From NCBI GenBank assembly GCA_000991405.1, contig LBRL01000001.1, forward strand, positions 222,172 to 286,171: a stretch of 64,000 nt of DNA, given 5' to 3'. Both the position numbers and the translations under genes were made by a program. Below the pieces are notes generated by a model. That model had not been told where the DNA came from. It was given only the letters and a program-made list of their open reading frames with translations, and ran no database searches. Shown one piece after another: positions 10,005-19,231 of this stretch; within the stretch, counting starts at the first letter, position 1; each line of letters starts with the position of its first letter. The stretch comes from Candidatus Nomurabacteria bacterium GW2011_GWD2_36_14 (lineage in GTDB: Bacteria > Patescibacteriota > Minisyncoccia > Phycocordibacterales > UBA9973).

Positions 10005-11192
10005 ATGCCTAAAATAAACCCAGACATAGAATCATTTGCGAGAATTAAAGTTATCGGTATTGGCGGATCAGGCAAGAATGCCTTAAACCATATGATAGCT
10101 TCCAAAGTTAAAGGTGTGGAATTCATAGTAATGAACACCGACGTGCAGGATCTACACAACTCTTTAGCCGAAAAGAAGGTTCATCTTGGTAAAAACTTAA
10201 CAAAAGGCCTAGGAGCTGGAATGAATCCAGATGTAGGTAAAAGAGCTGCTGAAGAAACAAAAGCAGAAATTCAAGATGTTATAAAGGGTGCTGACATGGT
10301 CTTCATAGCTTGTGGTATGGGAGGAGGTACCGGTACAGGTGCTGCCCCTATCGTTGCTCAAGCAGCCAAAGAACAAGGAATACTGACTGTCGCTGTGGTT
10401 ACCAAGCCATTCTCTTTCGAAGGAAATCAACGTATGAAGTTGGCTGAAGTAGGTCTATCTGAACTTGAAGGTGAAGTAGATGCTATTCTTGTGATTCCAA
10501 ATGATAGACTTATCGTTATCTCTGGAAAAGATGTGGGATTCAGACAAGCTTTCGCACTTTGTGATGAAGTACTCAAGCAAGCAGTTGAAGGTATCTCAGA
10601 ACTTATTACTACTCCGGGTATGATCAACGTGGACTTCGCCGACATCAAGGCTGTCATGTCTGATGCAGGATCAGCTCTCATGGGAGTTGGTATCGCCGCT
10701 GGAGAAGGACGTGCTGAGAAAGCTGCCCTTCAAGCTATCAACTCTCCTCTTCTTGATCTTTCAATTTCTGGGGCTAAGGGAGTTCTCTTTGCTATTTCAG
10801 GTGGAGATGATCTAACTATCCATGAAATCCAAGAAGCAGCCAAGGTTATAACAGAATCTATCGACAAGGAAGCAAAAGTTATCTTTGGAACTATCAGCGA
10901 TGAAAAGCTTAAGAAGGGCGAAATGAAAGTTACTGTTATCGCTACTGGATTCCCTACTGATATGCCAAAGCGTTCACTATTCCAAATCCACCAAAAGGCT
11001 ACTGAAGCTACATTGAACTCTTCCAGTAAAGAAGAAGTTATCCAAGCTGTGAATAAAGAAGTGGCCAAAGATTCTTCATCAGATTATTTTAAAAAGTCAG
11101 ACAAAACTGAAAAAGTAGAAGACGATCTATTTATCGATGATACAGAAGATTGGAGTACAGTACCTGCATTTTTGAGAAGAAATAAGAAATAA
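10005..11192 (+). CDS. ftsZ: Cell division GTPase FtsZ
   Basis: GIGGSGKNA...GGGTGTGAAP tubulin signature. Start set at MPKINP. Confidence 0.95.
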   Translation: MPKINPDIESFARIKVIGIGGSGKNALNHMIASKVKGVEFIVMNTDVQDLHNSLAEKKVHLGKNLTKGLGAGMNPDVGKRAAEETKAEIQDVIKGADMVFIACGMGGGTGTGAAPIVAQAAKEQGILTVAVVTKPFSFEGNQRMKLAEVGLSELEGEVDAILVIPNDRLIVISGKDVGFRQAFALCDEVLKQAVEGISELITTPGMINVDFADIKAVMSDAGSALMGVGIAAGEGRAEKAALQAINSPLLDLSISGAKGVLFAISGGDDLTIHEIQEAAKVITESIDKEAKVIFGTISDEKLKKGEMKVTVIATGFPTDMPKRSLFQIHQKATEATLNSSSKEEVIQAVNKEVAKDSSSDYFKKSDKTEKVEDDLFIDDTEDWSTVPAFLRRNKK

Positions 11193-11195
11193 TTT

Positions 11196-11222
11196 AAAAA
11201 ATCCCCATTTGGGGATTTTTTA
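11196..11222 (+). terminator. Intrinsic terminator after ftsZ
   Basis: aaaaaatccccatttggggatttttt. Confidence 0.7.
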
Positions 11223-11242
11223 AATTATGTTAAACTAGCAAC

Positions 11243-12169
11243 ATGTACGATTTAATTATATTAGGTGGAGGACCAGCAGGCGGAGGAGCCTCAGTGTACT
11301 CTGCTCGCAAACAACTTAAAACTGCCATTATTACAAACGAATGGGGTGGCCAGTCAATAGTATCTGAACTTATATACAACTGGATAGGAACACCAGAGAT
11401 CTCAGGAGCCGACCTGGCCTCAAATCTAAAGAAGCATACTCTTTACTATAAGGGACCTTATTTAGATATTATAGAAGGCGAGAAAATAGTGTCAGTTACT
11501 AAAGATAATAATATATTTACTATCAAATCTGAATCAGGTAAAGAATACACAACTAAAGCTGTCCTTGTAACAACAGGAAGCGGAAGACGTAAATTGGAGG
11601 CAGAAAATGCCGACAAGTACGAACACAAAGGTATAACCTACTGTGCTTCTTGTGATGGACCTATGTTTGATGGACAAGATGTGTTAGTAATAGGTGGAGG
11701 TAATGCAGCATTTGAATCAGCCGCTCAACTTCTGGCGTATTGCAAGAGTGTAACTCTAATTCACAGACGGGATGTTTTCAGAGCAGATGAAATAACGGTT
11801 AAAAAGCTTTTAGAAAATCCTAAATTTAAAGCTATAACAAATGCAGAAATAATTAGAGTCGATGGAGGACAGTTTGTGGAATCTCTAACATATAAGGATA
11901 AATTGTCAGGAGAAGAGCATACACTACAATCCAATGGTATCTTTGTAGAGATAGGCCAGACTCCAAATGTAGATTTTGTGAAAGATATAGTTAAGACAGA
12001 CGAAAGTGGGAAGATCATAGTTGACCCTATGTCCCAAGCCTCATCCCTAGAAGGTATCTGGGCTGCTGGCGACTGTACCAACGGACGCTATCACCAGAAC
12101 AACATCGCTGTCGGTGACGCAGTTAAAGCCCTCGAAGATATCTATATTTGGATACAGAAGAATAAGTAA
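11243..12169 (+). CDS. trxB: Thioredoxin-disulfide reductase
   Basis: GGGPAG FAD motif, CASCDG redox-active disulfide and an AAGDC C-terminal motif. Confidence 0.85.
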   Translation: MYDLIILGGGPAGGGASVYSARKQLKTAIITNEWGGQSIVSELIYNWIGTPEISGADLASNLKKHTLYYKGPYLDIIEGEKIVSVTKDNNIFTIKSESGKEYTTKAVLVTTGSGRRKLEAENADKYEHKGITYCASCDGPMFDGQDVLVIGGGNAAFESAAQLLAYCKSVTLIHRRDVFRADEITVKKLLENPKFKAITNAEIIRVDGGQFVESLTYKDKLSGEEHTLQSNGIFVEIGQTPNVDFVKDIVKTDESGKIIVDPMSQASSLEGIWAAGDCTNGRYHQNNIAVGDAVKALEDIYIWIQKNK

Positions 12170-12210
12170 ATGAATTTAAAAAGCTCCATAAAAAAATTCT
12201 CGGACTCACC

Positions 12211-12285
12211 ACACAATAAAATTCTGCTGAATTTTTTGCTCGCACTCGGCTCGACAGCCTGCGTGAGGGTTCGCTCGAGAACATT
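12211..12285 (+). repeat. GC-rich intergenic repeat family, copy 1 (orientation A)
   Basis: ...aattctgctgaattttttgctcgcactcggctcgacagcctgcgtgagg... Similar sequence occurs at 13146, 29132 (reverse complement) and 60933 (reverse complement). Confidence 0.7.
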
Positions 12286-12334
12286 TTTATTCCGCTTTTT
12301 AAATTACCCCATAGGCCTTGCCTGTGGGGTAATT

Positions 12335-13096
12335 TTATATATTTTCTTTTACGAGAATTTCTTCAAGAATTTCTAATTCTTGTTTAGAATTTGGTTGGAA
12401 ACCTTCCATTATGTTTGGCATCACAATAGCCTCTACCCTCTTCCCATCTTTTTGAGCTAATTCAACTAAATCGGTAAGGTAATATTCAGTTTGAGTATTT
12501 TCATTTTTTAATTTATTTATATTTTCCCAAAGCCAGCTAGCATCAAATGCATAGAAGGAGGGATTGACTTCTTTTATTTGCCTCTCCTCATTTGTAGCAT
12601 CTTTGTATTCAACAATTTTAAGAACTTGGCCATTTTTATCTCGAATTATTCTACCGAAATTATTAAGCCCAGCTCGCCAATCTTTAAAATCTGGTAAAAT
12701 TATAGTTCCAATAGCTACGACGGCCTTCTTCTCTTTTACAGTCTGAACTAAACTTTCTATTGTTTCTTTAGAAACTAAAGGCTGGTCAGAATATAAAACT
12801 ACAACTATTTTATGATCTGAATGAACCTTCTCTTTAGCCGACAAGACGGCATGACCAGTTCCAAGTTGCTCAGTTTGGTGTGCATAAATACGTTTATCGC
12901 CAAAAACTTCAAATATTCTTTCCTTCTTATACCCAACTACAATAACCGGATCAATAGGAAGATCAATTAATGATAATGTATCGAGTATCCTTTCTAAGAA
13001 TGATTTACCTTGGAGCATTGAGAGGGCTTTGGGATCATCGGACTCCATTCTCTTGCCCATCCCTGCTGCTAAAATAATGATTTGTGTATTTTGCAT
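12335..13096 (-). CDS. Sugar-phosphate nucleotidyltransferase (GlmU N-terminal-domain-like, no acetyltransferase domain)
   Basis: IILAAGMGKRM ... LGTGHAV are nucleotidyltransferase motifs. Confidence 0.65.
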   Translation of the reverse strand: MQNTQIIILAAGMGKRMESDDPKALSMLQGKSFLERILDTLSLIDLPIDPVIVVGYKKERIFEVFGDKRIYAHQTEQLGTGHAVLSAKEKVHSDHKIVVVLYSDQPLVSKETIESLVQTVKEKKAVVAIGTIILPDFKDWRAGLNNFGRIIRDKNGQVLKIVEYKDATNEERQIKEVNPSFYAFDASWLWENINKLKNENTQTEYYLTDLVELAQKDGKRVEAIVMPNIMEGFQPNSKQELEILEEILVKENI

Positions 13097-13145
13097 ATTT
13101 AAATGTGGTCACTTATAATTTTCTGGTGAAAATTTATGCGACCCC

Positions 13146-13173
13146 GCCTCGGCTCGACAGCCTCCGGCTCGCA
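13146..13173 (+). repeat. GC-rich intergenic repeat family, partial/rearranged copy 2, abutting a hairpin and tRNA-Val
   Basis: cctcggctcgacagcctccggctcgcac, followed by the hairpin cgcacaaagtat-tccc-atactttgtgcg. Confidence 0.55.
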
Positions 13174-13193
13174 CAAAGTATTCCCATACTTTG

Positions 13194-13266
13194 TGCGCGA
13201 TAGAGGATTCGAACCTCTGACATCGTCAACGTCAATGACGCGCTCTACCAACTGAGCTAACCGCGC
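13194..13266 (-). tRNA. tRNA-Val (anticodon GAC)
   Basis: Manual cloverleaf fold of the reverse complement: acceptor GCGCGGT/ATCGCGC, anticodon loop TTGACGT, T-arm AGAGGTTCGAATCCTCT. Confidence 0.85.
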
Positions 13267-13282
13267 AAAATTAAAACCTGAA

Positions 13283-13369
13283 GGATTGCTTGCGGAGGGT
13301 ACAGGATTTGAACCTGTGATCCAATTTCTCGGATTCCGCTTTTCGAAAGCGGTGCTTTCAACCTCTCAG
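13283..13369 (-). tRNA. tRNA-Ser (anticodon CGA) with long variable arm
   Basis: Acceptor GGAGGGT/ACCCTCC, anticodon loop TTCGAAA, long variable stem-loop, T-arm ACAGGTTCAAATCCTGT. Confidence 0.8.
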
Positions 13370-13432
13370 CCAACCCTCCAAATGAACTTTTCTGATTATA
13401 CAGAAAAACCCTCTTATTATCAAGATAATAAA

Positions 13433-14941
13433 TTAATCTATTAAACTCTCCCCTGTCATCTCTTTTGGTTTTTCTATTCCGTACAATTCTAGGATTGTTG
13501 GGGTTATATTGGCAAGTGTTCCTTCACCTTTTAACTTTTTAGCTTCATCCGTCAAGATAAACGGCACAAGATCACTAGTATGCGAAGTATGTCGCAAACC
13601 AGTGATAGGATCAATGTTCACTTCAGCATTTCCATGATCTGCAGTCACTAAAGCAATACCACCTTTCAACTTTAAAGCTTCTAAAATTCTTCCCAATTCT
13701 TTATCAACTTCTTCAACAGCAATTATAATGGCCTCTACCTCGGAGGTATGACCTACCATGTCCGCATTGGCAAAATTCACAAATATGAAATCTGTACCCT
13801 TTTCTATTTGTTCTATTGCCTTATCTGCAACTCCTTCTGCTGACATTTTCGGAGCTAGATCATAAGTCAGAACACCTTGAGGACTCGGTACTAGAATTTG
13901 CTCTTCTCCTTTATAAGGAACTTCTTCTCCACAGTTTAAGAAATAAGTTGCATGAGCAAATTTCTCAGTCTCGGCAATGTGGGCTTGGGTCATACCATTT
14001 TCACTAATTGTTTTACCCAAGGTTTCATTTATCTTTGTTGCTGGAAATGCAACCAAACATTTATACTCCTTTTTGTATTCTGTCATTGTTACAAGGCACA
14101 CATTTTCACTTTTATATTTTTCCATTATTCTCTCAGTAATCATTCTCATACGATCAGCCCTAAAGTTAAATAGGAAGAAGCCATCGTTCTTGTTTACAGA
14201 GTAACTTCCCCCTTCTTTATTCACACAAACGAAAGGCTCTAAATGCTCATCCATTTTACCTTCTTTGTATAAATTCTCCACATACAAATGTGGCTCAATA
14301 TTACATTCTGTTCCCTTGCCATCAAATATAACTTCCTCGGCCTTAGCCATTCTTTCCCATCTTTGATCCCGATCCATAGCATAAAGACGTCCAGATACAG
14401 AAGCTATCTCTCCTACTCCAAGCTTCTCAATAAATTCTTCTAGCTCTTTTATATAGCTAGATCCAGATTGAGGTGGAGTATCTCGTCCATCTGTTATGAC
14501 ATGAATGGCAATCTTTTTTATTCCAGCATTTTTAGCAATTTCTAGGAATCCAAATAAATGCGACATGTGGCTATGTACACCACCTGTAGATAATAGTCCC
14601 GCAATATGGAGAGTAGAGTCATGCTTCTTCACATGAGCAAAGAGTTCAACAAAAGCAGAATTATCCTTAAATTCACCAGATGAAATCAATTTGTTAATTC
14701 TAACTATATCCTGATATAGAATCCTACCAGCTCCAATCGTCATATGCCCCAGCTCACTATTACCCATTTGTCCGTCAGGTAGCCCAAACTTAAGGCCTGA
14801 GGCCTCTAAAAGAGTATGCGGATACTGAGCCCAAATACTGTCAAAATTCGGCTTGTGAGCTGTTGCAATGGCATTATCTTTCGTCTCCTTTCTGTATCCC
14901 CAGCCATCTAGTACAATTAAAGCAATTTGTTTTTTTATCAT
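13433..14941 (-). CDS. gpmI: 2,3-bisphosphoglycerate-independent phosphoglycerate mutase
   Basis: 502 aa. N-terminus LIVLDGWG and the metalloenzyme core. The start codon abuts tRNA-Glu. Confidence 0.9.
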   Translation of the reverse strand: MIKKQIALIVLDGWGYRKETKDNAIATAHKPNFDSIWAQYPHTLLEASGLKFGLPDGQMGNSELGHMTIGAGRILYQDIVRINKLISSGEFKDNSAFVELFAHVKKHDSTLHIAGLLSTGGVHSHMSHLFGFLEIAKNAGIKKIAIHVITDGRDTPPQSGSSYIKELEEFIEKLGVGEIASVSGRLYAMDRDQRWERMAKAEEVIFDGKGTECNIEPHLYVENLYKEGKMDEHLEPFVCVNKEGGSYSVNKNDGFFLFNFRADRMRMITERIMEKYKSENVCLVTMTEYKKEYKCLVAFPATKINETLGKTISENGMTQAHIAETEKFAHATYFLNCGEEVPYKGEEQILVPSPQGVLTYDLAPKMSAEGVADKAIEQIEKGTDFIFVNFANADMVGHTSEVEAIIIAVEEVDKELGRILEALKLKGGIALVTADHGNAEVNIDPITGLRHTSHTSDLVPFILTDEAKKLKGEGTLANITPTILELYGIEKPKEMTGESLID

Positions 14942-15015
14942 GGTGACCCTACCGGGAATCGAACCCGGATTACCGGCTTGAAAAGCCGATGTCCTAACCG
15001 TTAGACGATAAGGCC
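14941..15015 (-). tRNA. tRNA-Glu (anticodon UUC), CCA encoded
   Basis: Acceptor GGCCTTA/TAGGGTC with G-U pairs, D-arm GTCTAACGGTTAGGAC, anticodon loop TTTTCAA, T-arm CCGGGTTCGATTCCCGG. Confidence 0.8.
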
Positions 15016-15114
15016 AAAATAACGAAAATAGTATAGCATTTTATTAAAAATAAAACAAAAAGGAGGCTCTGCTAATTAAAGTAGACCTCCTTAGTTCATG
15101 ATTTCTTTATAAAA

Positions 15115-15501
15115 TTATTCTTTTGGTTTATAAAAGAAATCTTTTTTGATTTGAGTAACAACACACTTAGATGGGCCGAGTAGCTCTTCACCATGATAAT
15201 AATTCCCTATCCAAATACCCTCCTCTTCATTCTTAGTAAAAATATAATCAAGTTTTTCACCATAATGTTCTTTTGAAAAACTTAATTCATTATCACCAAT
15301 TTTGAAATTTGTAAGTGGAACGAATTTGTTGGTAACACAACCCCCTTGTTGTTCTTCATCAATAATTACCAAACCACTAAACATAGAGCAACTGACAATC
15401 TCTTTTGAAATGCCCGCAAGATCAACATGGAGTGATTTCCCCAAACTCCACAGATTGCTTCCACTAAGGTTAACACCTTGAATAAGATAAATTCTTTCCA
15501 T
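15115..15501 (-). CDS. Hypothetical protein (128 aa)
   Basis: ORF only. Confidence 0.4.
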   Translation of the reverse strand: MERIYLIQGVNLSGSNLWSLGKSLHVDLAGISKEIVSCSMFSGLVIIDEEQQGGCVTNKFVPLTNFKIGDNELSFSKEHYGEKLDYIFTKNEEEGIWIGNYYHGEELLGPSKCVVTQIKKDFFYKPKE

Positions 15502-15721
15502 CGCTTTAATATTAATTAATTATTAGAAAATAGTTATTAAGTTCTCTTAATTCCCATAAAGAAACTAAGAGAACCTAATAACGAGGTAGATATTAACAAT
15601 AATCAACAATTAAGAAATAAAAGAATTTTAATCTAGTATTTCTAATATATAATCACATTTTTGACAATATGTCAATATTATCAAGGGTACATTCAACATT
15701 GAAATATAACAATCTCTTGAA

Positions 15722-15745
15722 ATCCCCTTATATACCCCATCTTAT
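15722..15745. repeat. Intergenic punctuation repeat R3 (partial)
   Basis: aaatccccttatataccccatc. Confidence 0.5.
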
Positions 15746-16851
15746 TTATTTTCATCTTTTTTTGCTCCAAAAGATGGGAATCTATGTACATCGTAATCCT
15801 TTCTTATTTTTCGTAAATGCAATTTAATTGCCTTATTATAAGTGAAACTTTTATCAAGAAGCAATTTTGCACCTTTAACAATTTCTGGAATTTTCTTTTC
15901 TATAAGATCATCTGCAACACAAGCCACTCTTTTACCCTCTCTCAAGAGCCTGTCACATTCTTTGGTTCTATCATCAAGAGAGGGATATGAATTACATTTA
16001 GGAAGAACAGAATAAAATGGCACATCATTTAGGAAATACAATGGCCAACGACATGTAGCAATTTCTAACCATGGCGCATCAACAAGAAAAGCAAGAAATG
16101 CAAAACCAGTATGCGGTGAAAGAAAGATATCGCATTTTTTTATCAATGCTATCTGATTCCATAGACCAATATTGTATGCAGACTCTGCATTTTTAAGATG
16201 CTTGATTAAATAGTTTACATCATCCAAAGTAAAATCTTTTGTAAAAGTTCTATGATGATCACTTTTGGTAATACCCATAAAGTAAATTTTAAGATTTGGT
16301 ATTGCTTGTTCTAATGCCAAACAGATTTTAAGCCACATTTCAATAGAAGGACTTTGTCTTAATCCTTTAGCGCCACCAAGCATGATCGCAATTGTAGGAC
16401 CACGATGTTTAAATTTCTTTGCAAATGTTTTTGCTTTTGTCGGAATAGAAAGAGTAATTTTTGGATTGTGTACAACAGGTAGAATACTGCTATTCCTAGC
16501 AACAAATATTTTTTGTAACACTTCTTGAGTTTTTACTAATTCTACTCGGTCGTTTCCTTTTATTAGTCGACCCGCTCGATTATCACTACTAATATAATCC
16601 CAATTTTTCGGAATCTTTTGGAGACATTTTGCCTTTTCGCCGTCCTTGAAAACTTCCTCAGTTGAAATGGAATATGTTTTCTTAATCCATGAGCATGCGT
16701 CGGCAAGTTCTGTCGGAGTATTAGCATTGAGCAATAAATACACATCAAGATTTTTGTTTGCAAGCGAATAACCCTTGGCAAGTTTTAATGCTTCAACTGC
16801 GTGCCCGACTGGAGGATAATATACCCAGTTAAGTAGTAGTTTTTTCTTCAT
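15742..16851 (-). CDS. Glycosyltransferase family 9-like (heptosyltransferase fold)
   Basis: An N-terminal GT-B Rossmann region (LLNWVYYPPVGHAVEAL) and C-terminal SPHTGFAFLAFLVDAPWLEI resemble GT9 signature regions. Confidence 0.5.
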   Translation of the reverse strand: MKKKLLLNWVYYPPVGHAVEALKLAKGYSLANKNLDVYLLLNANTPTELADACSWIKKTYSISTEEVFKDGEKAKCLQKIPKNWDYISSDNRAGRLIKGNDRVELVKTQEVLQKIFVARNSSILPVVHNPKITLSIPTKAKTFAKKFKHRGPTIAIMLGGAKGLRQSPSIEMWLKICLALEQAIPNLKIYFMGITKSDHHRTFTKDFTLDDVNYLIKHLKNAESAYNIGLWNQIALIKKCDIFLSPHTGFAFLAFLVDAPWLEIATCRWPLYFLNDVPFYSVLPKCNSYPSLDDRTKECDRLLREGKRVACVADDLIEKKIPEIVKGAKLLLDKSFTYNKAIKLHLRKIRKDYDVHRFPSFGAKKDENK

Positions 16852-16886
16852 AAGATAATTATACCAAAACCTGAGTTAAATGTCTT

Positions 16887-16930
16887 AAATCCCCTTATCC
16901 TCCCCACAATCCGATTCCAATTTTATGACC
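16887..16930. repeat. Intergenic punctuation repeat R1 (44 bp)
   Basis: aaatccccttatcctccccacaatccgattccaattttatgacc. Confidence 0.7.
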
Positions 16931-16973
16931 TAAAGATATATTTAAATTTTGGAACATTTGCTATAATAAACTT

Positions 16974-17438
16974 ATGAATAAAAAATTTATTGTAGCAATG
17001 ATTAAAGTTGTTACTCTTTGTATTATTATATTTGCAGTCAGTGCTTTCTTTATATCTGATGCAAAGATTATTGGATGGGCAGTATTAGCATTAGGATTAT
17101 TCTGTCTAGTTTCTCTAGAATTTTTCAAAATTCCGATAAAAAATGTATGGCCTGATATAGTCTTTGGTTTAATTGATAATGGTATCTTAGCTATTTTAGC
17201 TGTTATTGGTGGTTCTATTGCAGGTGTAGCTGGAGCGATTATTGGAGGAGTTGTTGGTAACGCTATTACAGATGGAATTGCTGGAGTATTTGAAGGAGAT
17301 ATGGCAGAACGATTAAGAGAGAGTAATATATCTGAGTCAAGAACAATGCTTGGCTCGTCTGTAGGTAAAATGGCTGGATGTCTTTTGGGGGCTGGGGTAG
17401 TGCTAATAATAGCAAATTTAATTAACCCAACTTTGTAG
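16974..17438 (+). CDS. Membrane protein with glycine-zipper segment
   Basis: TM helices plus GGSIAGVAGAIIGGVVGNAITDGIAG. Confidence 0.5.
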   Translation: MNKKFIVAMIKVVTLCIIIFAVSAFFISDAKIIGWAVLALGLFCLVSLEFFKIPIKNVWPDIVFGLIDNGILAILAVIGGSIAGVAGAIIGGVVGNAITDGIAGVFEGDMAERLRESNISESRTMLGSSVGKMAGCLLGAGVVLIIANLINPTL

Positions 17439-17456
17439 TATTTATATTAAATTTCC

Positions 17457-17500
17457 AAAATCCCCTTATATTCCCCACAATTCGATTCCAATTTTAAGCC
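17457..17500. repeat. Intergenic punctuation repeat R2 (44 bp, about 90% identical to R1)
   Basis: aaaatccccttatattccccacaattcgattccaattttaagcc. Confidence 0.7.
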
Positions 17501-17566
17501 TTATCCCCAACACAAAAGCACCCTCGAATTTAAAGGCGCTTTTGTTATGTATAATTTCAATATAAA

Positions 17567-17899
17567 CTATTGGGGCTTGTTTGGATTGATCTTATCTATT
17601 GTATACTGGCCATTGTTTATATGTATTCTACTTTCTCCTAAAGTATTTAGGATTAAATTTAGAATTCCAAACACTGCAACCATTATAAACATTCCAAAAA
17701 TTCCCCAGAACATGTGCTTCTTGCTCGTCTTCTTGATCTCCTCATTGTCAGGAGATATCAAATACTGAAAGAGTCCGTACATGAAGTAAATTACAGCTAA
17801 AGCAAATAGGAACATTATAAGCGGACCTATAATAACCCTATTGATGCTATTCATAAGCGTAGTGACACTTGCCTCTGCAATTGGAAAGATTGAAATCAT
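17567..17899 (-). CDS. VirB2/TrbC-like pilin-type small membrane protein, paralog 1
   Basis: Two hydrophobic helices separated by a short charged loop (LISPDNEEIKKTSKK). Paralogous to the four downstream genes. Confidence 0.55.
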   Translation of the reverse strand: MISIFPIAEASVTTLMNSINRVIIGPLIMFLFALAVIYFMYGLFQYLISPDNEEIKKTSKKHMFWGIFGMFIMVAVFGILNLILNTLGESRIHINNGQYTIDKINPNKPQ

Positions 17900-17908
17900 A
17901 ATAATGTA

Positions 17909-18277
17909 TTAACAGTTTCTTCCCATGTTGTTTGCTGTTGTAGGGACACATGGAGCAACTCCAGTCATAGTCTGACTATCAACACCAAATGTTCTCTGTA
18001 CCAAACCTATAATTCCCCAGAAAGCTACGATAACGAAAAGACCGATAAGACCATTGATAATCTTTGCACGGCCATTCTTCTTAGCTTCTTCGTCTGAAGA
18101 ACTTATGAAAGTAATAACTCCCCAGATAAAGTACACAACAGCAAGAGTAACCAATGCTGGTACTATATAGTTCAACCATCCTATAACTTGCATAAGAATA
18201 GTATCAACTGTTGAAACTTGAGCGGAAGCTAATAATGGAGCAAAACCTGCGAAACCTAATGCGATGAATTTTTTCAT
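17909..18277 (-). CDS. VirB2/TrbC-like pilin-type protein, paralog 2 (Sec signal peptide)
   Basis: Signal peptide MKKFIALGFAGFAPLLASAQ followed by a helix - SSSDEEAKKNGRAK loop - helix. Confidence 0.55.
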   Translation of the reverse strand: MKKFIALGFAGFAPLLASAQVSTVDTILMQVIGWLNYIVPALVTLAVVYFIWGVITFISSSDEEAKKNGRAKIINGLIGLFVIVAFWGIIGLVQRTFGVDSQTMTGVAPCVPTTANNMGRNC

Positions 18278-18427
18278 ATGATTTAACGAAATCATGTCGC
18301 GCAACCGTCCTTTTAGCGCGACGCTTATTATTCTAATAATTTTACTAAATCCTACCGACTGTAGGAACTTAAAACGTACTTACAATACTATGTATATTAT
18401 ACCAAATAAGGCACAAAATATACAATA

Positions 18428-18748
18428 TTAATTACCAGGACCTGCCTTAATATCTGAAAAATTAGTCTTACTTCCTGCTGGCAAAAATGTATTTGAGAAA
18501 ATACTAACTAACGGCCAAATACTAACCATGACAAATAATGCTATGATCCCCCAAAGCATGAAGGTCTTCCCTTCCTTCTTCTTCTCTTCATTGTCTGGAT
18601 TCAAAAAGAATTTAAGAATTCCATAAATGAAAGCAACAATCGATAGGGCTATCAGTAAGGGAATAACAAAATCAAGCAAAGTACAAGTAAAAAAGTTTAT
18701 AAGACTTGTTAAACTAGTTATTCCTTGATCACATACAACTTTATCCAT
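18428..18748 (-). CDS. VirB2/TrbC-like pilin-type protein, paralog 3
   Basis: Helix - NPDNEEKKKEGK loop - helix. Confidence 0.55.
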   Translation of the reverse strand: MDKVVCDQGITSLTSLINFFTCTLLDFVIPLLIALSIVAFIYGILKFFLNPDNEEKKKEGKTFMLWGIIALFVMVSIWPLVSIFSNTFLPAGSKTNFSDIKAGPGN

Positions 18749-18757
18749 ATTTATATA

Positions 18758-19192
18758 TTATGTTGTGCTTTTAATATCTTCGACCGTTTTACCAATGGCA
18801 TTTGCTATGACAAACGCCCCCAATAATAATGCTCCACCAATCACTGTATACAACAAAGTTTTATGAGCAACTGTCAGTTCTTCAGAGTTACCTTGGGCTT
18901 TGACGTATAGGAATCCTGCATAAATGATAGCCAAGACAAGAAGTGGCACACCGACTATAAGGACAAGGTTTATAAACCATTCTATGAATTGGGGGAGATT
19001 ATCGATGCCTTGGATGGGGTTAGTAATACCGTCAATCTGCACTCCACAAGGCTTCTGATCCTTTCCTCCACAGTTTGGATCTGCGCTAACAAACATGAAC
19101 GGCATCACTAAAGCAAAGGCAATAATAAATACAAAACTATACTTTGATATTACTGAAATGATGCTATACTTTTTTCCTATTATTTTTTTCAT
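18758..19192 (-). CDS. VirB2/TrbC-like pilin-type protein, paralog 4 (signal peptide, Cys pair)
   Basis: Signal peptide, CGGKDQKPC, then a helix - AQGNSEELT loop - helix. Confidence 0.55.
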   Translation of the reverse strand: MKKIIGKKYSIISVISKYSFVFIIAFALVMPFMFVSADPNCGGKDQKPCGVQIDGITNPIQGIDNLPQFIEWFINLVLIVGVPLLVLAIIYAGFLYVKAQGNSEELTVAHKTLLYTVIGGALLLGAFVIANAIGKTVEDIKSTT

Positions 19193-19231
19193 TTAATTTA
19201 TTTAAAAAATTTATTTCGACAATATTAATAA

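Noticed and set aside
12170-12376. 68-aa plus-strand ORF
   Set aside because: Spans GC-rich repeat copy 1 and an intergenic hairpin; no start context. Regarded as an artefact of the repeat.
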